From Hormiphora californensis (taxonomy: Eukaryota > Animalia > Ctenophora), in the NCBI GenBank assembly GCA_020137815.1, contig CM035350.1, forward strand, positions 7,998,001 through 8,062,000: a stretch of DNA of 64,000 nt, written 5' to 3'. Shown here in pieces: positions 21,561-37,610 of the stretch. The position numbers and the translations under genes were made by a program. Position 1 is the first letter of the stretch; each line of letters opens with the position of its first letter. The notes beneath the pieces were generated by a model that made no database searches, was not told the origin of the DNA, and worked only from the letters and a program-made list of their open reading frames with translations.

Positions 21561-24500
21561 TGAGAGAGAGTGAGAGAGAGAGATAGGCAGATGATGAAAG
21601 CTTTGACTATATTTTCATTTTTACAGCCACTGCCCACTGCACTCTCCCAGTTTCTGATCAACTTGATCGAGGAAAGGCCAAAGACTCCCCCCCCTTGGTG
21701 TGTTTCTACACTCAAAAAGGAGAGAATGTGGTGTTGAAGAGAGGGAGAGAGATAGATTCATATGAATATACGAATTACAACACATTCTGCGGTCTCACAA
21801 CCCAGCTCTCACTTGCCTAATTAGTCCTAAGTCACGTGACTTTGAGTGAGACCGCAGAATTCATCCGGCGATCAAAAAACGGTGTTTTCAAAGTTTTTTG
21901 AGGTTGCACCCTAGACGGTTGCCCTAGGAGTTTCAAAAAACCCGGGAATCGAAAGAATGGACAATTTTGAGATACACACTTGACGATTTTTTTCGATTTT
22001 CTATCTCAATTTTGAGTGACAGTGTGGTAAAGAGCTCTACCCTCTCAAAAATGAAGAAAACTGAAAAATGAAGTTGTTTACGGTTTTGATCACTGCGAAC
22101 CTTGTAATTAACCGTTTTTCACGGGGATTTCACTGGGCTGTAGGTGACGGTCTTGTGAATCCCACAGTGAAAAAAATTTGGAAAAATTCCGTTATTTGCT
22201 CTCTCAGCAAGCTTTTCCGTACAACCCACTCAAATTTGCTAGTCTTTTGTGCGCAGCACACGACAGATTCTGCGGTCTCACTATCAGCCCCTGAATTAGG
22301 GCACTTTCTTGACCTCTGAGCACTTTGATAAGTAGCTCACGTGATTCAGCGTATCGAAATATGTCGGTTTACGTCATTTTCATTTTATTATCAAATTGTT
22401 TCCCACTTTTTTCAGTCTTCCTCTCAGAGGAAGAAGATTTCGGCTTTTCGGCCAAAATCTACCTGTAAAAAGGGGGAATAGGGGGGGGGAATAACAGGAA
22501 TATTTCGGTCAAAAAGACCGAAAAATGAAATTTCATCCAAAAATCAAGCTTAGGCACTAAACCCACCTATTTTTGAACGCTGAATCACGTGAGCTACTCA
22601 TATAAGTGCTCAGAGGTCAAGAAAGTGCCCTAATTGGCCATAATTGAACCTAATTGGTCGAAAATCAAAAACGAAAAAAATCGGCCAAATCGGCCACAGG
22701 CAAACGGCCATTCCCGGCCAAAATAAACTCCTGGGACACCGGGCCACCTATCACCGTTTTTGAAATTTAAAAGTTTAAAATTAAAAAGTTTAAAAGTTTA
22801 CTCAGTCCAACTCCATCTGACAATCCCCTTTCTCCAGTTGTTGTCTTGTATCATCTCCCAAAAGTGGGGTAACCTGGTGGAAACTGTGGAGCTGTCTAAC
22901 TGGAAGGAAGCACTGGCTATACTCCTCTCTTACGCTAAACCTACCGAGTTTAACATTCTCTGTGGTATGTGTGGCCCCCTGATGTTTTATTCCTGTTTGA
23001 CCCTGATTCTGGGCCTATTTTATCATATTCCCCCTGTTTCTGTTTGGTCTGTTCCTGACCCCCACCCCATGCAGATACGTTAGCTGCTAGACTGTCAGGT
23101 GACGAGGCATATCAACTTGAGGCCTCCCTCTGCTACATCTGCTCTGGTAACGCAGCCGAGCTCCTCAACTGTTGGTCCAGTGACGGGGATGAGAGGTTGC
23201 AGGAGCTGGTGGAGAGGATCATGTGTCTTCAGAGCACTAGTTCAGCACCACTACAGGGAGATAAGGTGGTTGAGTCACTGCTGAAATATAGCAAGATACT
23301 GGCAAACCAGGGTCAGCTGTCTAATGCCCTCACCTACCTGAGTGCTACACCGCAGGTACAGGATTAGGGAACGGGATTATGGAACGGGATTAGGGAACGG
23401 GATTAGGGAACGGGTTTTGGGTGCTAGATACTGGGTACTGTGTCATGTAATATTTAGTGTGCACATGATCATAACTATATCCTGAATAATGAGTTCATTA
23501 CTTCCCCATAACTATATCATATCATGATTTACCTTGTTTTCAGGAGGCTGCTGCAGAGTTCAAGTACCAACTTCACATGGCAATAAGGGACCCATGTCTA
23601 CCCCGTCCCCCGGTACCATACCGCCGTCCTCGACTAGACTCAGCTTCAAGTGGCACTACTGCGGGTGCACCCAGCACCTATGCCCCTAGTGGTTATGCTC
23701 CAAGCAGCTACGCTCCTAGCAGCTACGCCCCTAGCAGCTATGCCCCAAGCAGTTATGCCCCAAGCAGTGTCGGTGGGGCACCTGCTGCAAGTATTGTATC
23801 TGGGACTTCTTCCTTCAAACCTAGCAAGGTAACTCACATCAATACTTCCCTAAAACTTCCCTAATGTATGAGATGGTTTACCATTCTGCATTTCCAGGTG
23901 GCCTACCAAGCACCAACATTTGCATCTCCCCAACAACCTTCCCCAACTACACCTAACTTTGGACCACCACCTGCCGCCAATAACTTTGCACCACCACCTG
24001 GCGCCAATAACTTTGCACCGCCCAACACCCCCGGATATAATGGCCCTCCTACCCCGAATTCAAACGCTGGGTTCGCTCCACCTCCATCCCAACCAGGATA
24101 CCAGCCACCTACATCTAATGCCTACCAACCACCTACTTCTAATGCCTACCAGCCATCTCCTGGTCCCCCTGCTGGCTTCCAACCACCTAGTTTCCAGCCC
24201 GGTGCAGCACCTTACACCCCACAAAGTTACGCAGGCTCCACGGCTGGTCCTGGAAGTTACGCAGGCTCCACGGCTGGTCCGGGGTCTATGGCTGGGTCTG
24301 GGGTGTCCACCTTTACACCCTTACATGCCCACCTCTCCCACAGAGGCCAGCACCGCCACCTAGTGAGTACTGAGTATGAAAAAACTGAACCCCGTCCACT
24401 AGGTGAACTCCACCCCTTTAGAAAACTAACCCCTCCCTCCCTCACTCTCCTTTAGAGCCAATACAGCGCAGTAATGTTGGTGCGTGGAACGATCCCCCTG

Positions 24501-25691
24501 TACTTAAGGCGAGGTCTAAACCAACTGCACCCATCGCTACAAACAAGATAACGGCTCCAGTGGCGGGTGTCACAGTAAAACAAGGTAAAAAACTGCCTGC
24601 ACGAGACTGGCTGATGCCTGAGCAAGTAAGGTAAAGCCACAGGGAGCAGCTACAGCTACCACTCTGATGACGTGCAGCTTTTCAACTTACTGGAGCGCGC
24701 GGGCATTAGAAGAGAGTGATTGTTCGCGCAAAATGTACATGGTACACAACGCGCACCTGGATCTGCGGATGTATAAATTCCGTGCCGTATTTTCATGTGG
24801 CGCCCTGTGTTTCAGTTGATCTAACGGATGGAGGAGGCGCTGGGGCACCGCCAGGAGCCGCCCCTGGGGGGTACTCTGCACAACCTACCCCTCCACCGCA
24901 ACCAGCACCACAGGTAGGGTAGGACCAGGATGAGGGAGAGCCGAGGTTGGGGAGGGGGGGGGGGACGAGGTTGGAGGGGGGGGGGGGGGGTAGTCAACAA
25001 GTAAAACTAGGATGATGGAGGGATGATGGGCGATCCTTAACAACTCAAACTCCCCCACCCAGCCGGTAGTCGAGATCCCCCCTGTACCAGAGCACCATAA
25101 CCCAATGTTACAAGTACTTGAGAACGCTGTTCTGGACTGCAGGAATGTTACTAACAATCCGGTAACTATGAATTATGAAATTACACTTGTTTTTATTAAA
25201 AGTGTAGCTGTTATGTGGTATAAATGTATTCCCGAATTATTCAATGGTGTCACCGCTATATTTCTAACCCCTATGTTTCAGACCCAAAAGAGGAAGCTAG
25301 ATGAGGTGACTGGTAAGATAGAGGCCCTGAGAGAGAGGTTGAGGTATGACAGTGTCTCACAGCCTGTAGTAGACCACCTCAACTATATAGCAGGAGGTAA
25401 GTCAGACCTGTCAGAGCATTAGCCTGTCAGACGCAGTGATTGTGACTTGTGCCCTAAATTAATACCTTGTTGAGTAACAAATCATCAATTCATATCAGCG
25501 ATACACAATTGGCTAAACTAACCCACCCTTCCCTCTCCCCAGCACTAAACACGAAGGATTACAACCAGGCACTATACTACCACACCTCTCTGGCCCAGTC
25601 TTGTAACTTCAGCGAAGTGAGTGCCTTCCTGCCCGGTATCAAGGTTCTCCTGCAGATCGGAGCCCAGTTACACAACGTCCAACATTATTAG
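15559..25691 (+). CDS. SEC31: COPII outer coat protein Sec31, ~17 exons
   Basis: [16 protein letters not shown]...[15 protein letters not shown]; WD40 exons ([37 protein letters not shown]); [20 protein letters not shown]; [12 protein letters not shown]; Pro-rich region; AWNDPP; C-terminal [14 protein letters not shown]...[14 protein letters not shown]. Confidence 0.96.
18486..22743. mobile_element. DNA transposon derivative in SEC31 intron (12-bp TIR, 8-bp TSD)
   Basis: TIR CCCGGTGTCCCA / TGGGACACCGGG; TSD CCACCTAT at 18478-18485 and 22744-22751; internal repeated motif AGTAGCTCACGTGATTCAGCGT. Confidence 0.88.
18843..22293. mobile_element. Foldback-like element with ~1-kb inverted arms nested in the previous element (5-bp TSD)
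   Basis: CAGGGGCTGATAGTGAGACCGCAG... at 18843 is inverted at ...CTATCAGCCCCTG (22293); about 590 bp near-perfect, then degraded similarity; TSD AATTA at 18838-18842 and 22294-22298. Confidence 0.9.
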
Positions 25692-25719
25692 CTGTGTGTT
25701 AGAGAGAGGGGGAGAGGAG

Positions 25720-25791
<72 letters not shown>

Positions 25792-27132
25792 TGAACTATG
25801 TGCAGTGTCTATGTTCTTGTGTTTTTGATGCCTAAATAAGAGCCTTTTATATATTGGATATTTCACGTTATGATACCCAAACCAGCTCGTTTTTAATTCT
25901 TGGAAGGAAGCCCGGCTTCTGTAAACGGTAAACCTATTTCTTGGAATGACTTATTCGTTTCAATTCCATTTTCTAGCATTAGCCGGGCTTCACTTGAATT
26001 ATACAAACAAATCGAAAACTCGAGGCTTTGTTAGTTTGGCTGGTGTTCTGCCGTAAGGGAAAAGAAAAATGGTGGGACTCAATGTCCCGTGTATCTGGTA
26101 TTGGGATGGTATGGTCAGATACAAGCCCAGTTTGATATTTCATCGCTATATAATTGCATATATAATGGGATAATTCTCTGTCATTGGGCAAAACATCACA
26201 TCGGAATTTATCAGGCCTCACAGGGCCCAATATTATACACTGTGGGTTGTATTAACTTCATCAACATAATATATTTGCTAGGGGTCACTAGGCAGTGTTA
26301 AATTATCAGTTCAAATATCCATCTCGCCCCAGTCTTTATACATTGTACAATTACTGTGGCTTGAGAGTATGAAAAAATGTCTAACCTCCTCCGTCCTCCA
26401 ACTATACATCAAAAGCATATAATTTAACATAAAATCTAACCTCTGTCACAAAAAAAACCTCAAGAGAACATTCACCGATCAAATACATTCCCTTCATGTT
26501 TACTAAAACTTCAGACTCATTATGATCTTTCTCAAAAAAGAAAGGAGAATCTGAAAGGAAAACATGACGAAAAAAAGATACCAGAGCACGTCTCTCGATC
26601 ACCTTAGTTATATAAACACGTGTACAGTGTGACGTCATGAGTCTCCAGTCACTTGTAAAACCAAATATTATGATTTTAGCAAGTGAAATGAGAACTATTG
26701 ACGACACACTGTACACTTAACACAGTCCCTGTGGTATAAACAATAGCAAACTCAAGTTCAATAAATAAAATAAAAAAGAATTCCTCCAAGTTATCCTAAT
26801 AATTATACTCAAGACAGCGGCACCTCTCTCGAAAAGTGAACACTATAAAAAACATTAAAAAAGGGAGAGGTAACACTGTCTCTGAGCACCGAAGGGCTGG
26901 TGCAGGCGGGAACATTACACATACAGTATCTCTGTTGTAACGCGAACCCACGAAATAGCGATTAGTCCAGTTTGCCCAGTACCAGATCCCTCCGGAGGGG
27001 TGGTACGGAACAAGCTAGACATTGGGTAACGGCCCCCTCACCCCCGGGCAGTGTACTCTGACACTAGCCATGGGAATAGAGGGAGGACAGACCCATACAC
27101 CAGCTTGTAATAATATATTTTCTATTGGTATC

Positions 27133-28916
27133 CTAATTCTCATGGAGGTTGAACTTGAACATTTCGTAAACCCACCAGCAGATGGCTGTTGAGGGCATGA
27201 TTGTGAGCATTCGGGGGATGGAGCCTTTAAAGAAGCCACGGACACCTGAGGTGGCGTAGATGAGATGAAAACTATTCCTCAGGCCCCGGACTGCCTGCTT
27301 GCTTTCTCCCTCGGATAACTGAAAGAGAGAAATGTTGTTGGAATGGTATTGGAATGGAATTTGTTTTATATTTCCATTGGAAACATGAAACAAAGGAGTG
27401 GTTCACTAGGAAAGGAAAGGACCTTCAGAAAGGCTCCGCTGACAAGGGGTTTCCAGACCGCATTATTATATAATCAAGGTACTAAATTAAGAAAAAGGGA
27501 ATGATTGTAAAACACATACCGTTGGTTGTGTGTTCAGGAGGGTTTTGCATACATCAAAAGGAGTTGTGAACCAGGCTGCAGCACCGCCAGCCAGTCCGCC
27601 GCTGATCATGTGCACTGTCGGCCTAGTTGGGGGAAGTGTGTGATAATACTGAGCTGGGCTCTGACTTAATCAGAGACTAACTTACAAAAAAAGAACCCGG
27701 GTAACTGATAAAGTCAGAGATTTAGACAGTCAACAGTTTATAAAACATTTCTGAGAGAATTCCTCTCACCTGTACTCGTTTTCAGGGTTCAGTTTTCGCT
27801 TCAGGAGCTCATAACACCAGAAGTGTACCATTTGCTGGGGCACGTTCATACAGATTTGGGTTCCATAGGATCGGTAGAATGACCTGATACCCTCCTCCTT
27901 TAACATTACCGCACAGCAATGCCTTCCGGATTTGTATTGGCTTTGAGCCTTCTGAAGCCGCTGTTTTACCGCTGAAATTGGAGTTAGATTTACTAAGTAG
28001 AACATGAAGTTGCAGAATCAAGGAAGTTGGAATTCTCGTTTGTTATTTTAGGAGGTCCTGGCATGCGAAGGAAATATGAGAAAGAAGAAAGCCGATTCCA
28101 AGAATTCCTGCGATTTCACGGGCTGTGTCTGATGGCGCGATAGTTTTGTGCGCGCTCCGCGCCGAGACCTCTACAAATCACAGCATGTTGTCAGTAGACC
28201 CTCTTAGTGGCACAGTGAAACAATATGACACAATTCGGCACACGTACAACAGACGCATTGAAACATGGACTGGGTTATATAATTTATTATAATAACTCTT
28301 ACCATCAATGGGTGTCATCCACATATCGTGAACTAGCGAGGCTACAGCTCCTGACATCACTGTAAAGGGAGTTGTTAGAACACTCTGTATACACATTGTC
28401 ACTATAACACCCCACCCCTGCTTATTGTAACTACAATTACACCCTGCTATTGTTCCCTCTACTTACAGTGACCGATGGGGTTGGTAGGTCCCAGTATTTT
28501 CCCTGTCTTGCTCTTGCTGACCTCGTAGGCAGTGAAATATGCGGCGTGAGCGGGTCCCGCCCAACACATGACAACTGGCATACCCCTCCAGAGAGACCGG
28601 ATACCCTCTGTACCGACTATGGAGCGGAGGGACGAGGCCATTCCTGTTTGTCCCCCTAGGGCCATCATTCGTGTCTAAAGGAGTGGGTTTAGTGAGTGGG
28701 TTTAATGAGGGAGTATAACAAATAAAATAGCGGGGAAACATAGAAAATAGCAAACTCGATAGATCCCCCTCCGTCCCGTTATAATGATTCTAGTACCTTG
28801 ACGAGGTCGAAGGGGTACATGGAACAGTGTTCGACAACTCCAGCAGCCATCCCCGCTGCCATGTGTATCCTGTGATTCTCTGTAGGTAGATCCTCATACT
28901 CACTCTCACCCTCCAT
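27133..28916 (-). CDS. MFRN: Mitoferrin (mitochondrial iron carrier, SLC25A37/SLC25A28 family), ~6 exons
   Basis: [40 protein letters not shown]; carrier motifs [68 protein letters not shown]. Confidence 0.93.
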
Positions 28917-29231
28917 AAACCGATCTGAGAACGAGAGGCGTGTTATTGGAGTGAGTAGCCGGCTACCTAGATTAGGGATTCTGGTATTGATGGGTCAGGC
29001 AGGGGAAGTTAGAAATGACTGACTGAGAGACATACTTGCCATTCATAGTCTTACACGCAAACAGTAAGTGTGGAAAAAATGGTTTTATGAAGGAGTCGAT
29101 GTTGGAATTTGTGTGTAATACCTTCACGTGCTGATCACTTACGTTACCTATCAAACACTTACTGTTTACTCTCTGTAACGCTTTGAAAACCTTTCACACC
29201 CTTCAACCCTTTGATTTACACTCGGTGAACC

Positions 29232-30344
29232 ATGACCAAGTTACAACTACCCCTTGGAGCAATTCTTCTCCTTTTTGGTTAGTACAAATTCTACATAGTT
29301 TCAAGAAAATAACTAACTTGAAATTTAAACCCAGTTTGGTACCCTACTTTCTTCCCTAACCTTCCCTAACCACCAGGCTGCGTTGTCATGACAACTGCTA
29401 AACAGAGTCACAGACACCCGGACCTAACTGATATCCCTGTAAGTGAGCTGCAGAGACTCAGAAATGTTGCCAAGGCCATCCAAAGCAAGATTATCGTTGA
29501 TCTGGGGCTGCAGATGAACACCAACCGGAAACCTACAGCTACCACAACTGATCACAAGAGACAAAAGGAGTTGACAAAGAAAATGATTGCTCTGAAGTTA
29601 TTCATGCACGAGAACCACAAGGAGCAGGCTAAGAGAAGGTGGACTAGAGATGCTGACTGGGTGAGTGAGGATGGACAGGTTGAGTGGTCTCTAGATTACT
29701 CTCATGGTGACGAAGCATGGATACCTACCAACCCTAATAAAGCCCCTGTAGCTGCTGTAAAGAATCCTCCCAGTGTCGGTAAAGTTCCTGTCAAACAGAA
29801 ATCTCTAGCAACTTCCAGTAAAGCCCCTTCTCATGATGACACCCAGCACTCAGATGATAGTGGGACCGATGATGGCCAGCTGATGATACTAATGGGTGTG
29901 GGAATTGTGGCACTTCTCATTTCAACTGTCTTTATCATCTACACCACAATTCAGTAAGTTGTGCTCCTTCATAAACACTTTCAACAGTCAGACGTCACAG
30001 TTTTGTATACCAAATATTTCTAACCATTTTCCTCTCCTAGGTGGGTACGTACACTTGAGGCACTCCGAAAATCTGAAGCCAGTAACCGAGAAAATGAAAT
30101 CATGCGGCTTCTGGAAGAACAGGGCGACCCGGAACTCGGGATCCCAAGCCAAATGAAAGATTATGTTAGCCTGGATTTTGATGCGATGGTTGGAATGGTC
30201 GATACCTCTGATCTTCCCGCTACTTCCCCAAAACCATCTCGCACCTCCTGCGGAAGTGATCCTATGGTCCCCAATGGCCGAGAGAAACCACCTCGCCCCT
30301 CTCTACAGAAGATGGCTGAATTCAAAAAAAGGAATAACCTCTGA
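29232..30344 (+). CDS. Orphan single-pass (type I) membrane protein with signal peptide and furin-like site, 3 exons
   Basis: Exon 1 ..TLGAILLLFG spliced to CVVMTTAK (ATG 29232 needs a 1-nt correction); exon 2 with KRRWTR/DADW and TM LMILMGVGIVALLISTVFIIYTTI; exon 3 from ~30041 joins in frame to ORF 30102-30344. Confidence 0.7.
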
Positions 30345-30476
30345 GGATGGAAGAAGATTTGCGAATCAACTGGGAGAGACGCGTTCCCTCGATGTAGACG
30401 TTTTGAAAGTTTGAGATATTTGAATTCTGAATTTTGACCATTTCCACATTTGAAAAGTTAAACGATGTGTTTTCCC

Positions 30477-31305
30477 GGGGGGGGGGGGGGGGGGCGGCTG
30501 AAGTTTTTGAAGTTTTTGAAGGCAACTTCAAAAACTTCAAAGAGAAACTTAGGGTGGAAAACTTCAAAAACTTCAAAAACTCATATCTCCTAAACCGTTG
30601 GAGGTAGGCCCTATGTTGCTTCATAACTCTTCTATAAACTTGCATATTCCGAACAAGATACATCCCTTTAAAAAGCCTATAGTCACTCATAAACCATTAA
30701 AACTGGTCTAGCGCCAAAAAAGTCATGCGCACACACAAAAATATGAAAATATCCCATTATCCCTCGAATTAGATGAAGTGGAAACTTCACTTTGGCACGT
30801 ACCCCCACTAACTCGAGGCCGCTGATGATTTTGGTGTCCATATTTTTTCACTACTCCCTTTATAAAAAATTTTCACTTTGTGAAACTGGCAAAAAGGGTG
30901 TGGCCCCAAAAAAAATTTGAAAATTTACTTCATAGTTTTTAACACTTTCTTAGCATTTTCTAGGCAATTATTTGAGTTATAGAATGAAAATTAAATCGTA
31001 TTTTACAAAAAATTTAAATTTTTTACACCAAATTGTGCCATGCATTTCATGGCTAGGAATCATTGTAAATATCCCAATTTGTGGTAGAAAAAGGACAGAC
31101 AAGGACGGATAACTTTGCCACAATATGTATTAAGCATGAAACTAACCTAAAGAAGTGTAATAATAGTTACTGATAGCATATAAAAGTATTTTAGAGTTTT
31201 TGAAGTTTTTGAAGTTTTTGAAGTCAACTTCAAAAACTTCAAAACTCAAAAAGTAGGGTGGAAAACTTCAAACTTCAAAAACTTCAGCCGGCCCCCCCCC
31301 CCCCC
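30477..31305. mobile_element. MITE with poly-G termini and 8-bp TSD
   Basis: G-run + CGGCTGAAGTTTTTGAAG ... CTTCAAAAACTTCAGCCGG + C-run; TSD GTTTTCCC at 30469-30476 and 31306-31313. Confidence 0.88.
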
Positions 31306-32116
31306 GTTTTCCCTTGTACAAACTATTGGAAAACTGCCAACAATCATGTCACACACTACTCACGGATTATGTCGGTGGCGGCAGTGGTAGCCTTGGTGTA
31401 CAACTGGGTCCCATCTGACTCTCCTCCTCCACCTGCTGCCACGGCTGTGGTGGTGGGATGATGGTGATGGTGATGGTCACCAGCTCCACTGGTGGTGCTC
31501 AGGGACTCAGAACTGGAACCGAGTGCCATTCGTACCCTACTTACTGCCATTACTATGCTATTAACAAGTGGGGAGGGGGTTAGGTAACTGTTGGCAATGA
31601 AAGGGGATCCGGGGAGCAACAAATTCTGATTTAGGAACCTCCTTCACCTACACACGTGCAGTAATGGTACTGTGTTGGGTAGGATAGTGGAAGAAGCTAT
31701 AAGGATGGTGAGAGAGCTAGCAAGGTATGATCAATTAGTCAGTACAGTGTACCTGACAATGCTGTTAGTGTATAAAACACACGTGACGTCACACCCTGTA
31801 TACAAACAGTACACGATATATCATATCCCAGTACATGTAATAATGCCTTCCATTCACACCTATAGCAGCATAATGCAGGAAATATAATGCCCACACAGAC
31901 ACACAGACACGCAGTACACACACACAAAATACGGCAGTGTAAATTGAGTCTGTGCGTGTCACACACCCACACACACAGTGCCGCAAGAAACACATGTATA
32001 ATTGTTGAACCGCCTTGCTTGTTTACTAAGCACATAAATAAATTGTTAAAATGTTATACAAAACTCAATAAAATATTCACGTCAATCTCTCTCTCTCACA
32101 CACTCTCTCTCTCACA

Positions 32117-35268
<3,152 letters not shown>

Positions 35269-35333
35269 TCCTAGAAATTTGTTGTTTTGTTTCTAAAAAG
35301 CCGGAAGGAGCAGGGAACGTTTTGGTTGAATAG

Positions 35334-36894
35334 TATGGCGGCGCATTGACGCAAAATCAAAAAAAATAAAAACATGAAAAAAATAAAAAACGTGTTTCAA
35401 AAAACATGTTTTTTAAAAAAAATGTTTTCGAAAATTTTGATTTTGCGTCAATGCGCCACGTAAGCCGGCTCAATGACGCAAAATCGTGTTTTCGAAAATT
35501 TTGATTTTGCGTCAATGCGCCACGTGGCCGGCGCATTGACGCAAAATCAAAATTTTCGGAAAAAAAACATGTTTTCGAAAATTTTGATTTTGCGTCATTG
35601 AGCCGGCGACGTGGCGCATTAAAGTCCATTTTTTTTCAACTGTTCTATGGCGGCGCATTGACGCAAAATCAAAAAAGTAAAAAACATGAAAAAAATACAA
35701 AAACATGTTTTGATTTTACTTCAAAAAGTAAAAAACATGAAAAAAATACAAAAACATGTTTCGATTTTGCGTCAATGCGCCACGTAAGCCGGCTCAATGG
35801 CGCAAAATCATTTTTTTGAAAATTTTGATTTTGCGTTAATGCGCCACGTCGCCGGCTCAACGACGCAAAACATGTTTTCAAAAATTTTGATTTTGCGTCA
35901 ATGCGCCGGCCACGTGGCGCATTGACGCAAAATCAAAATTTTCGAAAACATGATTTTGCGTCAATGCGCCGGCTAACGTGGCGCATTGACGCAAAATCAA
36001 AATTTTCGAAAACATTTTTTTTAAAACACGTCTTTTGAAACACGTTTTTTATTTTTTTTTCATGTTTTTCATTTTTTTTTATTTTGCGTCAATGTGCCGC
36101 CATACTGTTCACCCAAAATTGAAATTTCAGTGAAATTTAAAATTTTCGTGGCGCGCGCTACACGTTAACATGTGATAGACGCGCTATGGCGGCGCATTGA
36201 CGCAAAATCAAAAAAAATAAAAACATGAAAAAAATAAAAAAACGTGTTTCAAAAAACATGTTTTTAAAAAAACATGTTTTCGAAAATTTTGATTTTGCGT
36301 CAATGCGCCACGTAAGCCGGCTCAATGACGCAAAATCATGTTTTCGAAAATTTTTATTTTGCGTCAATGCGCCACGTGGCCGGCGCATTGACGCAAAATC
36401 AACTTTTTCGAAAACATGTTTTTTTCCGAAAATTTTGATTTTGCGTCAATGCGCCGGCCACGTGGCGCATTGACGCAAAATAAAAATTTTCGAAAACATG
36501 ATTTTGCGCCATTGAGCCGGCTTACGTGGCGCATTGACGCAAAATCAAAATTTTCGAAAACATGTTTTTTTAAAAACATGTTTTTTGAAACACGTTTTTT
36601 TATTTTTTTCATGTTTTTATTTTTTTTGATTATGCGTCAATGCGCCGCCATAGACGCGCAAAACAATTCCGCGCACAACTTTGGGGGGTGAACAGTTGAA
36701 AAAAAATGGAGTATAACACAAAATCAAAATGTTCGAAAAATGATTTTGCGTCATTGAGCCGGCTTACGTGGCGCATTGACGCAAAATCAAAATTTTCGAA
36801 AACATATTTTTTTAAAAACATGTCTTTTGAAACACGTTTTTTATTTTTTTTAACGTTTTTTACTTTTTTGATTTTGCGTCAATGCGCCGCCATA
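35334..36894. mobile_element. Palindromic MITE containing two further copies of its own family (35646-36104, 36185-36652)
   Basis: Termini TATGGCGGCGCATTGACGCAAAATC / GATTTTGCGTCAATGCGCCGCCATA; TSDs GAATAG (outer), CTGTTC and GACGCGC (inner). Confidence 0.9.
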
Positions 36895-37610
36895 GAATAG
36901 TTGGTACCACTGAACCCGTTGCCGGTTTGTGTGCATGAGGGGACTTTAGCCGGTAGCACATACCAACGTGTTGGTTGACTAACGCTGTAGCCCCCTGTAT
37001 CAATAGCAGTCAAAAATGCACGCGCTGGGCGATGGCCAGTGGCCGCTGCCCGCCGGAGGACTGCAATTGCCAAATGCTGCAGCGTGGGATAAGGCAGCGC
37101 TTTTCAAGTGCAACAAGCGCTGAAATAGACGCACGGTGAGCGACGCCCCTGGCTGAAAAAAAACAAAACAGATTGGCAAACGTGCCTTTGCCCTTTTCAA
37201 CTTTTCAACAAAACAAAAATGCAGCAAAAAAACTTTTGGAAAGCTGTAAAAACTGGATGCACTGCAAAAACCGGCGCGCGCGCCGTTTCAAAAGCGTCGC
37301 AAAATGTAAATTTGTTCGACGGTTACAACTAAAAAGCGACGCGCCAACGCAAAAGCCAATCGTTTTTTATACTGCACGTCACTGGATAGGAACCTCGCTT
37401 TTTGGTTGTTATTTGTCTCTCTGGCCATCGATAGGCCAGAGAGGGTTCCAGACGTTAAGATCAACAAGATCTCTTCTTTATTTTATTTTTCTAGTTGAGC
37501 TCACTCAACGAAACGTCAAAGTTCTTCCCGGAAATTTCCGCGGAAAGGACTTATTATTCATACACCCAACAAGTTGAGAATCCTCAACAATCACTCACCA
37601 CCCCGATCAC

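Noticed and set aside
18826-22319. Duplicated [16 protein letters not shown].. resembling a small secreted peptide pair
   Set aside because: Lies in the inverted arms of the transposon; no independent coding evidence.
25979-26716. Two minus-strand ORFs between the SEC31 and mitoferrin 3' ends
   Set aside because: Non-ATG starts, no recognisable domain, stops between them; at most a decayed fragment.
31356-31730. Possible minus-strand exon(s) with a His6 tract (MALGSSSESLSTTSGAGDHHHHHH..)
   Set aside because: Protein-like, but I could not build a convincing start or upstream exon chain; left unannotated pending RNA data.
35357-36900. Multiple similar short ORFs (ALTQNQNFRKH..)
   Set aside because: Products of palindromic MITE subrepeats.
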